A stretch of 64,000 bases of DNA from sequence record DRR378314_409; one strand, 5' to 3'. A program made the position numbers and the translations under genes. Each line of letters begins with the position of its first letter. Position 1 is the stretch's first letter. Positions 30,938 through 43,192 of this stretch are shown in pieces. The notes under the pieces were generated by a model. The model did no database searches, had not been told where the DNA came from, and saw only the letters and a program-made list of their open reading frames with translations.

Positions 30938-31690
30938 TTATTCTTCCTCAGTCATAACGGTGAAGGGTAGATGTTGTCCCCCATCCATAGCAAGGAACTC
31001 ACCGGTTATAGATTTGCTTTTCAATAAAAATGACACACCGTCAGAAATTTCCTCGGGAGTTGCTCCTCGTTTAAGAGGTACCTGACGGGTTTGTCGGCTG
31101 AATTGTTCTGCTGTTTGACGCTTGCTTTGTAATGTCGGACCAGGACCGATTGCATTGACACGGATTGACGGGGCCAGTTCCATTGCGGCTGACTGCGTAA
31201 ATGTCCATAAGGCCGATTTGCTCAACGTGTAGGAAGTGAAGCCTGGTCTGAGGTTGAAGACCCGCTGATCTATGATGTTGATAATCGAGGGGTCGTCGAG
31301 CGCAGCCAAATCCTGTTGGCGTGCAAAGGCCTGGGTCAGTAGAATGGGCGCTAGTAGATTGGTTTGTATATGCCCGCTAAAGGAAGCCGCTTTTACTGAA
31401 AGGACGTCATCCTTTTCAAAAACGGAGGCGTTGTTAATTAATGCATTCACCGGGCCGAGGGCGGAAACGGCGTCATCAAAGCAGGGTTCAATCGTATTTG
31501 CGTTGGATAAATCTGCTGAAATGAGAGCGGCCTTTTGACCGATCGCTTCTATTTCTGACTGTAGGGACGAGGCTTCCTCATGAGACTTGTGATAGTGAAT
31601 GGAGATGTTCCATCCTTCGCGGGCCAGCTTCAAAGCGATCGCTTTTCCAATACGCTTTGCAGCACCAGAAATGACTGCATGTTTTGCCAT
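30938..31690 (-). CDS. short-chain dehydrogenase, pteridine reductase-like
   Basis: SGAAKRIG, NNASVF, IIDQR, YTLSK; adjacent to folB. Confidence 0.88.
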   Translation of the reverse strand: MAKHAVISGAAKRIGKAIALKLAREGWNISIHYHKSHEEASSLQSEIEAIGQKAALISADLSNANTIEPCFDDAVSALGPVNALINNASVFEKDDVLSVKAASFSGHIQTNLLAPILLTQAFARQQDLAALDDPSIINIIDQRVFNLRPGFTSYTLSKSALWTFTQSAAMELAPSIRVNAIGPGPTLQSKRQTAEQFSRQTRQVPLKRGATPEEISDGVSFLLKSKSITGEFLAMDGGQHLPFTVMTEEE

Positions 31691-31747
31691 GTGGATTAAA
31701 GATCTCAGTCTTTTTAGTTTGGGTTTCCGGAATTATCAGCGCAGAGA

Positions 31748-32722
31748 TTAAAGACCTGCCACTGTATAAACTCCAGACATACCATAAAATTGAGCCAGAA
31801 TATATGCTACGTAACTGACCAGTAGAAATACCCCGGCTATGCGGCCGATTGGTTTTTTGATTGCGAACAATCCGATTAGGATCACGGAGGCCAGGATCAT
31901 GATGAATAGATCAAATGTCAGGATCTGCATCGGAGCTGAAATAGGTTTGACCATGGCTGTCACACCAATGATGCCCGTTATGTTGAAAAGGTTGGAGCCT
32001 AATACATTGCCAATCGCAACATCGCCGTGACGCCTGAATGCCGCAATAAGGGAGGTGGCAAGTTCCGGCAAAGATGTGCCAAGTGCCACCAGAGTTAGGC
32101 CGATTACTTCTTCGGAAAGACCCGCAACTGTCGCGATATTAACCGCGCCAAGCACCAGCAGGCGGGAGCCCAGGACGAGGCCTGCTAATCCGCCTAAAAT
32201 GAATAGTATGCTAATCCACGGGGTTTTAGGCATGTTTTCTTCATATTCTTCCAACGCTTCATTGGCGGCTAGGGCGCCTTCTTTCTTTGCGCGCCGATAT
32301 GCCATATATACCACCGCCACCAGTACTGCGGTTAAGACAAAGCCCTGCCAAAAAGCGATGACACCCGTCCAAGCCAGAAGAGTGAATAGAAGAGATCCGC
32401 CGATTACGATTATACTATCGCGAATGGCGGAAGAATTATCACAGGTCAGCGGATAAATGAGTGCCGGTGCACCAAGCACAAGAAGGATATTGGCAATATT
32501 ACTGCCAACGACGTTACCCACGGCGATACCCGAAGCGCCATCTAATGCAGCTTGAACACAGACGACAAGTTCCGGGGCAGAGGTCCCGAAAGCGACGATG
32601 GTGAAACCGATGATGAGTTTGGAGATATTAAACTGTTCAGCAAGGGCGACGGACCCTCTAACCAATAGTTCGCCGCAAACTAGCAAGACGACCAGACCTG
32701 CAGCAACTTGAAGATACATCAT
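31748..32722 (-). CDS. calcium/sodium antiporter (YrbG family)
   Basis: Duplicated GTSAPE/GTSLPE and GSN alpha-repeats. Confidence 0.93.
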   Translation of the reverse strand: MMYLQVAAGLVVLLVCGELLVRGSVALAEQFNISKLIIGFTIVAFGTSAPELVVCVQAALDGASGIAVGNVVGSNIANILLVLGAPALIYPLTCDNSSAIRDSIIVIGGSLLFTLLAWTGVIAFWQGFVLTAVLVAVVYMAYRRAKKEGALAANEALEEYEENMPKTPWISILFILGGLAGLVLGSRLLVLGAVNIATVAGLSEEVIGLTLVALGTSLPELATSLIAAFRRHGDVAIGNVLGSNLFNITGIIGVTAMVKPISAPMQILTFDLFIMILASVILIGLFAIKKPIGRIAGVFLLVSYVAYILAQFYGMSGVYTVAGL

Positions 32723-32891
32723 GATGTAAGCTTACCTAGATCCTTCATTCAAACTCCTTATACTCATTTGCCGCCGTTGCTCGGGCACCAAAGTATATAG
32801 ACATGCAGAGAAGTCAGTAAAAGGGGAAATTCTACCTTTGATCTAAGCTGTGGCGCATATGCGACACTGGCACTATTGGGAACTTTGCTTT

Positions 32892-33821
32892 CTAGAACCT
32901 TCTGCGCAGGGAATAGCCTTTTGATTTCAGAAGGTTAATTATGCCATTGTCGCCAGGTAAGTGAAGCGCACCTATTGCTACAAAGCTAGGGTGAGTTTTG
33001 AGCTTTTCCAACATGCGGTTCGTCATGCTTTCGTTTCTTTTCGCAATCAGATCGGATTTCAGGAATTCAACAAGTTCGGGACTAGCTGTCTGCAGATCTG
33101 CCTCCATATTGCAGAAGAACCAACTGATGTCGCCTCTTAAATAATGTTGTGTCAGCTTTTCCAGCTCAGTTTCCAGTCCGGGATATTCGTCGATTGCTGC
33201 ATCTAACAGCTCAAGCTGGGCGGGTTCGCTAAGTCTATCAAATAGAGATAACTGCTCTGTTGCACTTTCCAGAGGGAATATGATTTTCCCCTGCGAGCGG
33301 GCAAAACGTTCAAGCTCCCGATCCAGGAGTGTTAATTGTCCGTCAGTGGTTGCCTTACTGCTTGGAGGTTGAGAGAGGATGGACGCAATCGCCCAAATTT
33401 TAAACTGCCCTATGGATTGAAAGGATAATCCGTAATCAGGAAGAATGGATTTTAGATCACCAGATCGCGAAGGGCCAATGACCTGCTGCAGGTTTTGAGC
33501 TTCGGGTGCAAACATCATTTGCCTGCTTTTTTGGATATTTTCGCGGGTAAGCGTGGTTTCCAGAATAAATACTTCAGCACTGTTCAAGGCTTGCATGACG
33601 ATCCCTGGTAGGTGCAAGATCCTGGGGTCTTTAGAATGCATGGTCCCAAAAATATAACTTCGCGGGCCATTGTTTTTTTGGACTTGCCACAATTTTCCTT
33701 TGCCATACGGCATGTCTTGGCAATTGGACTGAGCATGGGACTTACCAGGAAAAGCGACCAGCAAAAAACAAAGCACAATTATTGTGACATTGAGGATTAG
33801 AGGCTTGCGCTGTATTTTCAT
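32892..33821 (-). CDS. TraB/GumN-family protein
   Basis: Signal peptide; SYIFGTMH, RN and FVAIGALHL motifs. Confidence 0.88.
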   Translation of the reverse strand: MKIQRKPLILNVTIIVLCFLLVAFPGKSHAQSNCQDMPYGKGKLWQVQKNNGPRSYIFGTMHSKDPRILHLPGIVMQALNSAEVFILETTLTRENIQKSRQMMFAPEAQNLQQVIGPSRSGDLKSILPDYGLSFQSIGQFKIWAIASILSQPPSSKATTDGQLTLLDRELERFARSQGKIIFPLESATEQLSLFDRLSEPAQLELLDAAIDEYPGLETELEKLTQHYLRGDISWFFCNMEADLQTASPELVEFLKSDLIAKRNESMTNRMLEKLKTHPSFVAIGALHLPGDNGIINLLKSKGYSLRRRF

Positions 33822-33937
33822 CGAACCTAACCTTGTTTCATCTTCTCTGCCGTCTCCCTCTATGATCGAATTGTGATGGGCCTGTGGCAAGGATTTATTG
33901 AAGAGAACCCCGTTCTCCAGTTAGAGACAGCGATAAT

Positions 33938-34702
33938 ATGCGATTTTCCATAGTTTTTTTCTGCACTTTATTGGGACTTCTTTCGATCGCCTACAGCGGA
34001 GAAAGGCAAGCGCCGTTTGTCTTTGCTGCCGCCAGCTTAACGGCGCCTTTAACTGAAATTGGTAAGCTTTATGAAGAGCAAACAGGACAGAATATTCGGT
34101 TTTCGTTTGCCGGAAGCTCAACTCTGGCTAAACAAATTGTAGCGGGCGCTGAAATTGGACTGTATTTTTCGGCGAACCGGGCATGGGTTGATTATCTTGA
34201 GGCAAAAGGGTTGTTGAAGGTGGGTGATGCTAAGGTTCTGTTTACCAGTAGTTTGGTTGTGATCCGACCAACCGACAGCGTTAGGGGTGAATATCCCAGA
34301 TCACTTAAAGATCTTTCTTTGTGGCTGGAGAGTGGGCGGCTCGCCATTGGGGATCCAGATCATGTTCCTGCAGGAATTTATGCGAAAGAGGCGATGGTAT
34401 CGGCAGGTGTTTGGGCAAATCTGAGATCGGTTGCATTGCCGCAACCCAATGTGAAAAGTGCATTGGCGCTGGTGATGAGGGGTGAGGCCGCTGCTGGTAT
34501 TGTCTATCGGTCGGACATTCTCAATGTGCCGCAAGTGCGGGAGCTTTTTGAGATAGAACCAGCCTTGCATAGCCCTATTCAATATGTTGCGGTCAGATTG
34601 GGACGGTATTATTCAGAAAACCACGCCAAATTTTACGGCTTTCTAGAGACAGAATCTGCTCAGGCTGTTTTTAAGAAATATGGGTTTTTGCCAGTCCCTT
34701 AA
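33938..34702 (+). CDS. modA: molybdate ABC transporter substrate-binding protein
   Basis: FAAASL, GSSTLAKQI, DPDHVPAGIYA and VYRSD motifs. Confidence 0.93.
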   Translation: MRFSIVFFCTLLGLLSIAYSGERQAPFVFAAASLTAPLTEIGKLYEEQTGQNIRFSFAGSSTLAKQIVAGAEIGLYFSANRAWVDYLEAKGLLKVGDAKVLFTSSLVVIRPTDSVRGEYPRSLKDLSLWLESGRLAIGDPDHVPAGIYAKEAMVSAGVWANLRSVALPQPNVKSALALVMRGEAAAGIVYRSDILNVPQVRELFEIEPALHSPIQYVAVRLGRYYSENHAKFYGFLETESAQAVFKKYGFLPVP

Positions 34703-34727
34703 AGCGTTCAGGTCATAAGGTGGCGTG

Positions 34728-36884
34728 TTATGTCCGTCCGCGCCGTCCGCCAAGTGTTTTTCCACTGCTAATCCGTCCTGCTGTAGAGCGGCCCATAGGT
34801 TGACCTTTGCCAGAGTCGCCGATGCCTAGCTCACGGTCTTGAAGTTTTTTGATTTCATCGCGAAGCCGTGCAGCTTCTTCAAATTCAAGATCAGCTGCGG
34901 CGTCCTGCATTTTCTTTTCAAGGGCTTCAATATGGGCAGAAATATTATTGCCGATCATGTTTTTGGCATCAGACAGGCCAATATCAACATCATGATGGTC
35001 CTGCTCATAAACACTTTCCATGATGTCATCGATATGTTTACTAATGGAGGCGGGCGTGATGTTATGTTCTAGGTTGTAGGCTTCCTGTTTTTCACGGCGG
35101 CGCTGTGTTTCGCTGAGGGCGCGTTCCATGCTTCCGGTAATTTTATCAGCGTAGAGAATAACGCGGCCTTCTACATTTCGTGCGGCCCGTCCGATCGTCT
35201 GGATTAGCGACGTTTCTGAGCGTAGGAAACCTTCTTTGTCGGCATCTAAAATTGCAACCAGCGCACATTCCGGGATATCGAGGCCTTCACGTAGCAGGTT
35301 AATCCCGACGAGCACGTCAAAAGTGCCTAGCCGTAGATCCCTGATAATTTCAATTCGTTCCAACGTATCAATGTCCGAGTGCAAATATCGCACCTTGATC
35401 CCGTTTTCATGAAAATATTCGGTCAAGTCCTCAGACATTTTCTTGGTTAAGGTGGTGACGAGGACGCGCTGCCCTTTTGCAGCGGCTTCCTTGCATTCAC
35501 CCATCAGATCATCCACCTGGCTTTCTACGGGTCGGATAATGCATTCTGGATCTATAAGGCCGGTAGGCCGGATCACCTGTTCGGAGAAGGTGCCGCCGGT
35601 TCGCTCAAGCTCCCAATTTCCGGGAGTTGCCGAAACGAACATAGTTTGCGGGCGCATCAAGTCCCATTCTTCAAATTTAAGAGGGCGGTTGTCCCGGCAG
35701 GATGGAAGACGAAAGCCAAAATCAGAAAGTGTCGATTTCCGACTGGCATCCCCTTTATACATGGCGCCGAGCTGACTGACCGTGACATGGCTTTCATCGA
35801 CAATCAGCAATGCGTCGTCAGGGAGGTATTCAAATAGGGTTGGCGGTGGATCACCTGGGTTGCGACCAGACAGATAACGGGAATAATTTTCGATACCTGC
35901 ACAAGCGCCTGTCGCCTCCATCATCTCCAGATCAAAGGTGGTTCTTTGTTCAAGCCGCTGTGCTTCCAGTAGCTTATTTTGGGCTTCAAATTCAGCAAGC
36001 CGGTCTTTAAGTTCGGTGCGTATTTTGGATTGAGCCTGACGCAAGGTTGGTTTGGGCGTCACATAGTGACTATTCGCATATATTCGGATTTCTTGCAATT
36101 TACCGGTTTTCGCGCCGGTAAGGGGATCAAATTCAATGATCTCTTCCAGTTCATCTCCAAACAGAGAGAGGCGCCAGGCTTGATCTTCAAAATGGGCCGG
36201 AAAAATTTCAATTGTGTCGCCGCGCGCGCGAAAAGTTCCGCGCGTAAAGCTGGCATCATTGCGCCGATACTGGATTTCAACCAGGTCTTTTAGGAGTTTC
36301 TGACGATCAACAGTTTGACCCTTTTTCAAGGTCATCGTCATTTCACTATAGGTTTCGACCGATCCGATACCGTAAATGCATGAGACGGAAGCAACAATAA
36401 TAACGTCATCCCGCTCAAGCAGTGCCCGCGTTGCCGAATGGCGAAGCCGATCGATCTGCTCGTTAATCGAGGCGTCTTTTTCAATATAGGTATCTGTCCG
36501 GGGTACGTAGGCTTCAGGCTGATAATAGTCGTAGTAGGAGACAAAATACTCAACAGAATTGTTGGGGAAAAATGACTTCATCTCCCCGTAAAGCTGAGCG
36601 GCCAATGTTTTATTATGCGCAAGGATCAGGGCTGGGCGTTGAACTTTTTCAATGACTTTCGCCATCGTGTAGGTTTTGCCAGAGCCGGTCACCCCAAGAA
36701 GGACCTGGTCCTTTTCACCTTGTGTAATACCATTGCAAAGCTCCTTGATCGCCTGAGGCTGATCACCCGCAGGTTCAAACTCGGAAACGACTTGAAAAGC
36801 GATGCCGCCTTCCGACTTTTCTGGGCGTTCTGGTCTATGCGGAACGAACTCTTCTGATGTTGCGCTTTTGTTCTCTTTGGCCAT
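34728..36884 (-). CDS. uvrB: excinuclease ABC subunit B
   Basis: [28 protein letters not shown]-terminal UVR domain. Confidence 0.99.
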   Translation of the reverse strand: MAKENKSATSEEFVPHRPERPEKSEGGIAFQVVSEFEPAGDQPQAIKELCNGITQGEKDQVLLGVTGSGKTYTMAKVIEKVQRPALILAHNKTLAAQLYGEMKSFFPNNSVEYFVSYYDYYQPEAYVPRTDTYIEKDASINEQIDRLRHSATRALLERDDVIIVASVSCIYGIGSVETYSEMTMTLKKGQTVDRQKLLKDLVEIQYRRNDASFTRGTFRARGDTIEIFPAHFEDQAWRLSLFGDELEEIIEFDPLTGAKTGKLQEIRIYANSHYVTPKPTLRQAQSKIRTELKDRLAEFEAQNKLLEAQRLEQRTTFDLEMMEATGACAGIENYSRYLSGRNPGDPPPTLFEYLPDDALLIVDESHVTVSQLGAMYKGDASRKSTLSDFGFRLPSCRDNRPLKFEEWDLMRPQTMFVSATPGNWELERTGGTFSEQVIRPTGLIDPECIIRPVESQVDDLMGECKEAAAKGQRVLVTTLTKKMSEDLTEYFHENGIKVRYLHSDIDTLERIEIIRDLRLGTFDVLVGINLLREGLDIPECALVAILDADKEGFLRSETSLIQTIGRAARNVEGRVILYADKITGSMERALSETQRRREKQEAYNLEHNITPASISKHIDDIMESVYEQDHHDVDIGLSDAKNMIGNNISAHIEALEKKMQDAAADLEFEEAARLRDEIKKLQDRELGIGDSGKGQPMGRSTAGRISSGKTLGGRRGRT

Positions 36885-36948
36885 AGCCCTGTTATAAGGA
36901 TAAAAAGTTTAAATGCCAACCGAAATCAGCGTTAATTTTTTTGAAATG

Positions 36949-36976
36949 AAAAGAGGCGCCAATTTGATGACGCCTC
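36949..36976 (-). terminator. terminator downstream of DUF1127 gene
   Basis: GAGGCG stem with short U tail on the minus strand. Confidence 0.6.
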
Positions 36977-37046
36977 AAGCAAGGGGGTGCCATCTGAAGA
37001 ACCAATGGACAGGAAGGTTATTTGACTTCAGATGGCTTGGGAAACT

Positions 37047-37274
37047 TTAAGACTGCCAGAAAGCTTTCCGGCATTCGTTCTGCACCATGGCAGCGGTAAG
37101 ACCCATATCTTCGCAGCTGCGTGTATCAAGTTCAGACATGTTCCGGCGCATTTCGGAGCGTTCCTGCCATGTCAGTACCGTCTGAGCCAATGTTTCGAAG
37201 AAGTTCCGCTTTGCGGCCTGAGGCTTCATTGAGAACGGCCCGGATTGCTTCGCATTGATCATTTTAGTAGACAT
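37047..37274 (-). CDS. DUF1127 (YjiS-like) small protein
   Basis: W.ER...RR...ELD.R..EDMGLT...E.RK.FW pattern; AGGAG SD. Confidence 0.85.
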   Translation of the reverse strand: MSTKMINAKQSGPFSMKPQAAKRNFFETLAQTVLTWQERSEMRRNMSELDTRSCEDMGLTAAMVQNECRKAFWQS

Positions 37275-37389
37275 GTTTCACTCCTTTCTAACTTTAGACT
37301 TGAGACTTTTTAAACTCTCATCCTTATTCAATAATGATGTTTTCGCAAAATTTATGCTTGAAGACAAACGATTGATTCTAATATGATGA

Positions 37390-37404
37390 ATTAGAAAAAC
37401 TAAA
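37390..37404. promoter_or_regulatory. LysR (GcvA-type) operator
   Basis: ATTAG-AAAAA-CTAAA (T-N11-A) between the divergent DUF1127 and LysR genes. Confidence 0.5.
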
Positions 37405-37420
37405 CTGGAATTAGACTGTC

Positions 37421-38335
37421 ATGAAACTTCCTCCGCTCAACACATTGCGAGTTTTCGAAGCCGCAGCTAGGCATCTCAGCTTTTCCAAGGCTGCCGAAGA
37501 GTTGTTTGTTACTCCGGCAGCTGTCAGCCATCAGATTAAAAGTCTTGAAGAGTGGCTGGGAATTCCCCTATTCCGGCGATTAAATCGGGCTGTCATGCTA
37601 ACGGACGAAGGCCAATCTTATCTTGTGGGAGTTCGGGAGGGGTTAGAGGCGCTGAAAACAGCGACTGAAAAATTGATGATGCAGGGAAATAGCGGCTCAT
37701 TGACAGTGAGTACGCTACCGTCATTTGCCGCGCGATGGTTGCTGCCTCGGTTAAGTCGATTTCAAGCGAAGCATCCTGAAATCAGCGTAAAGGTTGAAGC
37801 GACAGATGTGCTCACCGATTTTAACCGGCAGAGTGTCGATTTGGTGCTGCGGTATGGATCTGGAAATTATCCGGGTTTGCATGCGGAGCTTCTTCTGCAG
37901 GAAGACAGTTTGTTTCCAGTTTGCAGTCCGGAGCTGGTGAGTGGACCTCATCCCCTTAAAACACCTGCGGATTTGGCGCATCACACCCTGCTTCATGACG
38001 ATTTGCGGGTGGATTGGGAGACATGGCTCAGTGCGGCTGGTGTTAATGGGATCGATCCCAAAAAGGGAGTTGGCTATAACGATTCCTCCATGGTCCTGTC
38101 TGCCGCGATGGCAGGCCAGGGGGTTGCGCTCGGACGAAGCACTTTGGCCGCAGAAGATTTGAAGGCGGGCCGATTGGTCAAGCCGTTTGATATCGAATTG
38201 AAGGGGGACAGCTGTTACTACATTGTCTGTCCTATAGACGCTGTCGGACGACCGCAGATCGTGGCTTTTCGAAACTGGCTTTTTGAGGAGGTCGAAAATG
38301 ACCCGGGTCGGTTCATGTTTGTGCCCGAAAGTTGA
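37421..38335 (+). CDS. gcvA: LysR-family regulator, GcvA-like
   Basis: LPPLNTLRVFEAAARHLSF..AAEELFVTPAAVSHQIK; WLLPRL. Confidence 0.85.
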   Translation: MKLPPLNTLRVFEAAARHLSFSKAAEELFVTPAAVSHQIKSLEEWLGIPLFRRLNRAVMLTDEGQSYLVGVREGLEALKTATEKLMMQGNSGSLTVSTLPSFAARWLLPRLSRFQAKHPEISVKVEATDVLTDFNRQSVDLVLRYGSGNYPGLHAELLLQEDSLFPVCSPELVSGPHPLKTPADLAHHTLLHDDLRVDWETWLSAAGVNGIDPKKGVGYNDSSMVLSAAMAGQGVALGRSTLAAEDLKAGRLVKPFDIELKGDSCYYIVCPIDAVGRPQIVAFRNWLFEEVENDPGRFMFVPES

Positions 38336-39688
<1,353 letters not shown>

Positions 39689-39711
39689 TCTGCGCAGAAA
39701 ATCTTTGCAGG

Positions 39712-39740
39712 AAAGCGGTCGATGATTCGGCCGCTTTTTT
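39712..39740 (+). terminator. intrinsic terminator
   Basis: AAAGCGGTCGA-loop-TCGGCCGC followed by T6. Confidence 0.8.
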
Positions 39741-39894
39741 GGGTTTTAGCGGTCAGATTTTACGCGGTTGGGGAATTGCATTCCCAAAATCCATAGAATC
39801 TCAACGGCTTGTATTTTCTTTTCTAAAAATCGCTTGCGCGAATGCCAAAACCTACCGAACATTAGAGTAATCTAACGTTAAATGGGAGGCGGAA

Positions 39895-41922
39895 ATGGAA
39901 ATGAAGAAACCGTCCGGACCTCGGAGCGTAGCACTTGTCGGACCTTACTCCAGTGGCAAGACGTCGCTGATGGAAGCTATCCTGCATATTTGTGGTGAGG
40001 TTGATCGCAAGGGCAAGGTAGAAGATGGCACAAGCGTCGGCGATAGTAGTCTTGAAGCCAGAGATCGAAAAATGAGCGTTGAGGTCAACTCCGCTCATTT
40101 TTCTTTTATGGGGGATTCTTTTTCCCTTTTGGACTGCCCGGGCTCCATAGAATTTATACAGGAAAGTAGGAGTGTACTTGCCGGAGTGGATGCTGCTGTT
40201 CTGGTTTGTGAACCTGATCCCACCCGTAATATGACCATGCTTCCAGCCTTAAAAATGCTGGAAGAAATGAATATTCCAACATTCATTTTCGTCAATAAAA
40301 TTGATCGGGCCAAAGGCAGTGTCCACGATCTCTTCAAATCGCTTGAGGAGGTCTCTGAGCGGGATCTGGTTTTGCGGCAGATCCCGATTGTCAATGACGG
40401 AACTGTGACTGGATATGTGGATTTGGCGTCTGAACGCGCTTATGTTTATAAAGATGGTCAAGCCTCTCGCATCATAGAAATGCCGCCAGAGGTGGCAGAA
40501 ATGGAGGGGACATCCCGCTTTACCATGTTGGAAACCCTGGCCGACTATGACGATCATTTAATGGAAGAACTTCTGGAAGATATTGAGCCAGAACAAGAAG
40601 AGGTTTACGGGTTGTTACAGACGGATTTACAGCAGGGGTTTGTTGTCCCTGTTTTTTTGGGGGCGGCTATAACTGATCATGGGGTGCGCCGATTGTTGAA
40701 GGCAATCCGGCATGAAGTGCCGTCCAATGCAAGCTCCGCTAATAACCACCATCTGAAGATTGCTGCGAATAAGCCGGCAGCGCAGGTTTTAAAAACTTAT
40801 ATTTCGCCGCAAGGAGGGAAGCTGTCACTCGTTCGGATTTGGTCTGGCGAACTGACTGACGGCGATAAATTCTTTTTTGGTCGGGTAACTGGTTTACAGC
40901 GAATGACAGGGACAAATCTGGAAAAGGTGGGTTCTGCCAAAGAAGGGGAAATTGTGGCTCTTTCGCGGATTGACGAAATTCAAACTGGAGATATTTTTAC
41001 CGATACAGAAAAATGGCAAGCAGAACATGTACAGTCTATGGAACCAGTTTATGACTTTTCTCTTTCTGCTGAGAAGCATGAAGAAGATGTGAAGCTGACT
41101 GCAGCCCTCAGTAAAATGTCTGAGGAAGATCCCTCACTCTTCTCAATCCATCGACAAGAAACTCAGGAGTTGCTTCTGCGAGGGCAGGGAGAAATACACT
41201 TAAAGGTCGCGTTGGATCGATTGAAGAGTAAGTTTGGCCTCAACGTAACCGCTAAAACGCCTAAAATTGCTTATCGAGAGGCTATTCGCAAAGCTGTCAT
41301 TCACCATGCCCGGTTTAAAAAACAAAGCGGTGGGCATGGTCAATTTGGCGATGTAAAAATTGAAATTAAACCTCTGGAGCGTGGCCAGGGATTTGAATTT
41401 CATGACACCGTTGTCGGGGGATCCATTCCCAAACAATATATCCCGGCAGTTGAAACAGGTGTGAAGGAGTATCTGGGGGAGGGACCGCTTGGTTTCCCGG
41501 TAGTGGATGTTGCTGTGACGCTACTGGACGGTCAGCATCATTCCGTTGACAGCTCCGAGAATGCGTTTAAATCGGCGGCTCGAATTGCCATGAGTGAAGG
41601 GATGCTAAAATGCTCTCCCGTGCTGTTGGAGCCGATCTGCAGAGTGGAAATAGCCATGCCCTCAGACTATATCGCCAAAATCAATGGCATTGTCAGCTCC
41701 CGACGAGGGCAAATTCTGGGGTTCGATAATCGTGAAGGCTGGTTTGGATGGGATATATTGACCGCCCTTATTCCAGAGCAGGAACTCAGGGACCTGATTA
41801 TTGATATCAGGTCGGCTACTCAAGGGGTTGGAACCTACAGCGCCCGATTTGATCATTTGCAGGAATTAACAGGTACGCTCGCTGAAAAGGTGGTCGAGCA
41901 AAAAGACCAAACGGCAAACTAA
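39895..41922 (+). CDS. elongation factor G-like protein (EF-G2 paralogue)
   Basis: GPYSSGKT, DCPG, NKID, GQGEIHL and KKQSGGHGQFG motifs; outside the str operon. Confidence 0.92.
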   Translation: MEMKKPSGPRSVALVGPYSSGKTSLMEAILHICGEVDRKGKVEDGTSVGDSSLEARDRKMSVEVNSAHFSFMGDSFSLLDCPGSIEFIQESRSVLAGVDAAVLVCEPDPTRNMTMLPALKMLEEMNIPTFIFVNKIDRAKGSVHDLFKSLEEVSERDLVLRQIPIVNDGTVTGYVDLASERAYVYKDGQASRIIEMPPEVAEMEGTSRFTMLETLADYDDHLMEELLEDIEPEQEEVYGLLQTDLQQGFVVPVFLGAAITDHGVRRLLKAIRHEVPSNASSANNHHLKIAANKPAAQVLKTYISPQGGKLSLVRIWSGELTDGDKFFFGRVTGLQRMTGTNLEKVGSAKEGEIVALSRIDEIQTGDIFTDTEKWQAEHVQSMEPVYDFSLSAEKHEEDVKLTAALSKMSEEDPSLFSIHRQETQELLLRGQGEIHLKVALDRLKSKFGLNVTAKTPKIAYREAIRKAVIHHARFKKQSGGHGQFGDVKIEIKPLERGQGFEFHDTVVGGSIPKQYIPAVETGVKEYLGEGPLGFPVVDVAVTLLDGQHHSVDSSENAFKSAARIAMSEGMLKCSPVLLEPICRVEIAMPSDYIAKINGIVSSRRGQILGFDNREGWFGWDILTALIPEQELRDLIIDIRSATQGVGTYSARFDHLQELTGTLAEKVVEQKDQTAN

Positions 41923-42014
41923 GCCGAGCCGGGTTCACAGACTATTGATTTGAGTTTGATCGGTTAGACTCCAATTCTATCTACCAGATAGAAACGATAG
42001 TTGGGTGCTGCATA

Positions 42015-42986
42015 ATGCTTATCAAATCAAATAATTCTTGGGACCTATCGGAAAACCAGGTTCTGGATGTGAGTAAATACCTTAATCGACGGTCAATTTT
42101 GAAATCAATCGGAATGGGTGGTTTGATTGCGGGCGCATCGACCACATTTCCGGGTCGATTTGCATTTGCGGCGGATGATCCAAGTGCTCATTTATATCCT
42201 GTTCCTCAAAATACCCTATACGAAGGCGGGCGCGATCTGACACCTGAAAAAATAGCGACCACATATAACAACTTCTATGAATTTGGATCTCACAAGGAGA
42301 TATACAAAGCAGCTCAAGCCCTGAAGCTGCGGCCATGGTCGGTTATGATCGATGGGGCCGTTGAAAAAGACACGCAGATTGATATTGACGACCTATTGGC
42401 AAAAATGCCGCTGGAAGAGCGGATCTACCGCCATCGCTGTGTAGAGGCGTGGTCCATGGTTGTGCCATGGAGTGGCTTTCCATTGAAAGAATTGGTTAAG
42501 ATCGCCAATCCAACGTCAAAAGCAAAATATCTAGTGATGCAGACTTTCGAGGATAAAAGCGTTGCAACCGGCCAACGTCAATTCTGGTATCCCTGGCCAT
42601 ATACAGAGGGGCTAACGATGGCGGAGGCAACGAATGACCTGGCATTTGTTGCCACTGGGCTTTATGGAAAGCCGCTCCCAAAGCAAAGCGGCGCACCGCT
42701 TCGTTTAGCAGTTCCCTGGAAATATGGATTTAAGCACATTAAATCTATCGTTCGCTTCCATTTTAGTGAGGAGCGTCCTAAGAGTTTTTGGGAAGAATTG
42801 AACGCTAAGGAATATGGGTTCTGGGCGAACGTGAACCCGGAAGTTCCGCATCCACGTTGGTCTCAAGAGACCGAGCGGGATATCGCAACGAACAAGCGAA
42901 TTCCTACTCAGTTATTTAATGGATACGGCGAAGCAGTTGCGTCCTTATATGAAGGTTTAGGCGCACAGGAAAGACTGTATTTATAA
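42015..42986 (+). CDS. msrP: protein-methionine-sulfoxide reductase catalytic subunit
   Basis: Tat signal; YNNFYEFG, RCVEAW and PWKYGFK motifs. Confidence 0.95.
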   Translation: MLIKSNNSWDLSENQVLDVSKYLNRRSILKSIGMGGLIAGASTTFPGRFAFAADDPSAHLYPVPQNTLYEGGRDLTPEKIATTYNNFYEFGSHKEIYKAAQALKLRPWSVMIDGAVEKDTQIDIDDLLAKMPLEERIYRHRCVEAWSMVVPWSGFPLKELVKIANPTSKAKYLVMQTFEDKSVATGQRQFWYPWPYTEGLTMAEATNDLAFVATGLYGKPLPKQSGAPLRLAVPWKYGFKHIKSIVRFHFSEERPKSFWEELNAKEYGFWANVNPEVPHPRWSQETERDIATNKRIPTQLFNGYGEAVASLYEGLGAQERLYL

Positions 42987-43120
42987 AAAAAGTCAGCCTC
43001 AATAGAGGCTGACAATTTTACAGGGTGGTATGCTGTGCCGCATACCCATCAGCCCAACAGGGAGAGTTCGGGCTGAACTGTGAAGGGAGACGATTGAGGG
43101 GGGATGTCTGCCCTTCATAA
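42985..43120 (-). ncRNA. candidate sRNA A (AbcR-position sibling)
   Basis: Three hairpins (two with C-rich loops), CCCUGUAA linker, terminator at 42985-43013. Confidence 0.65.
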
Positions 43121-43192
43121 TTAATATATGGAGTCGTTTCGTGCTTTTTCTATCAGTCATTTGTCATGGCAGATATGCGTTGCTGTCATGAC

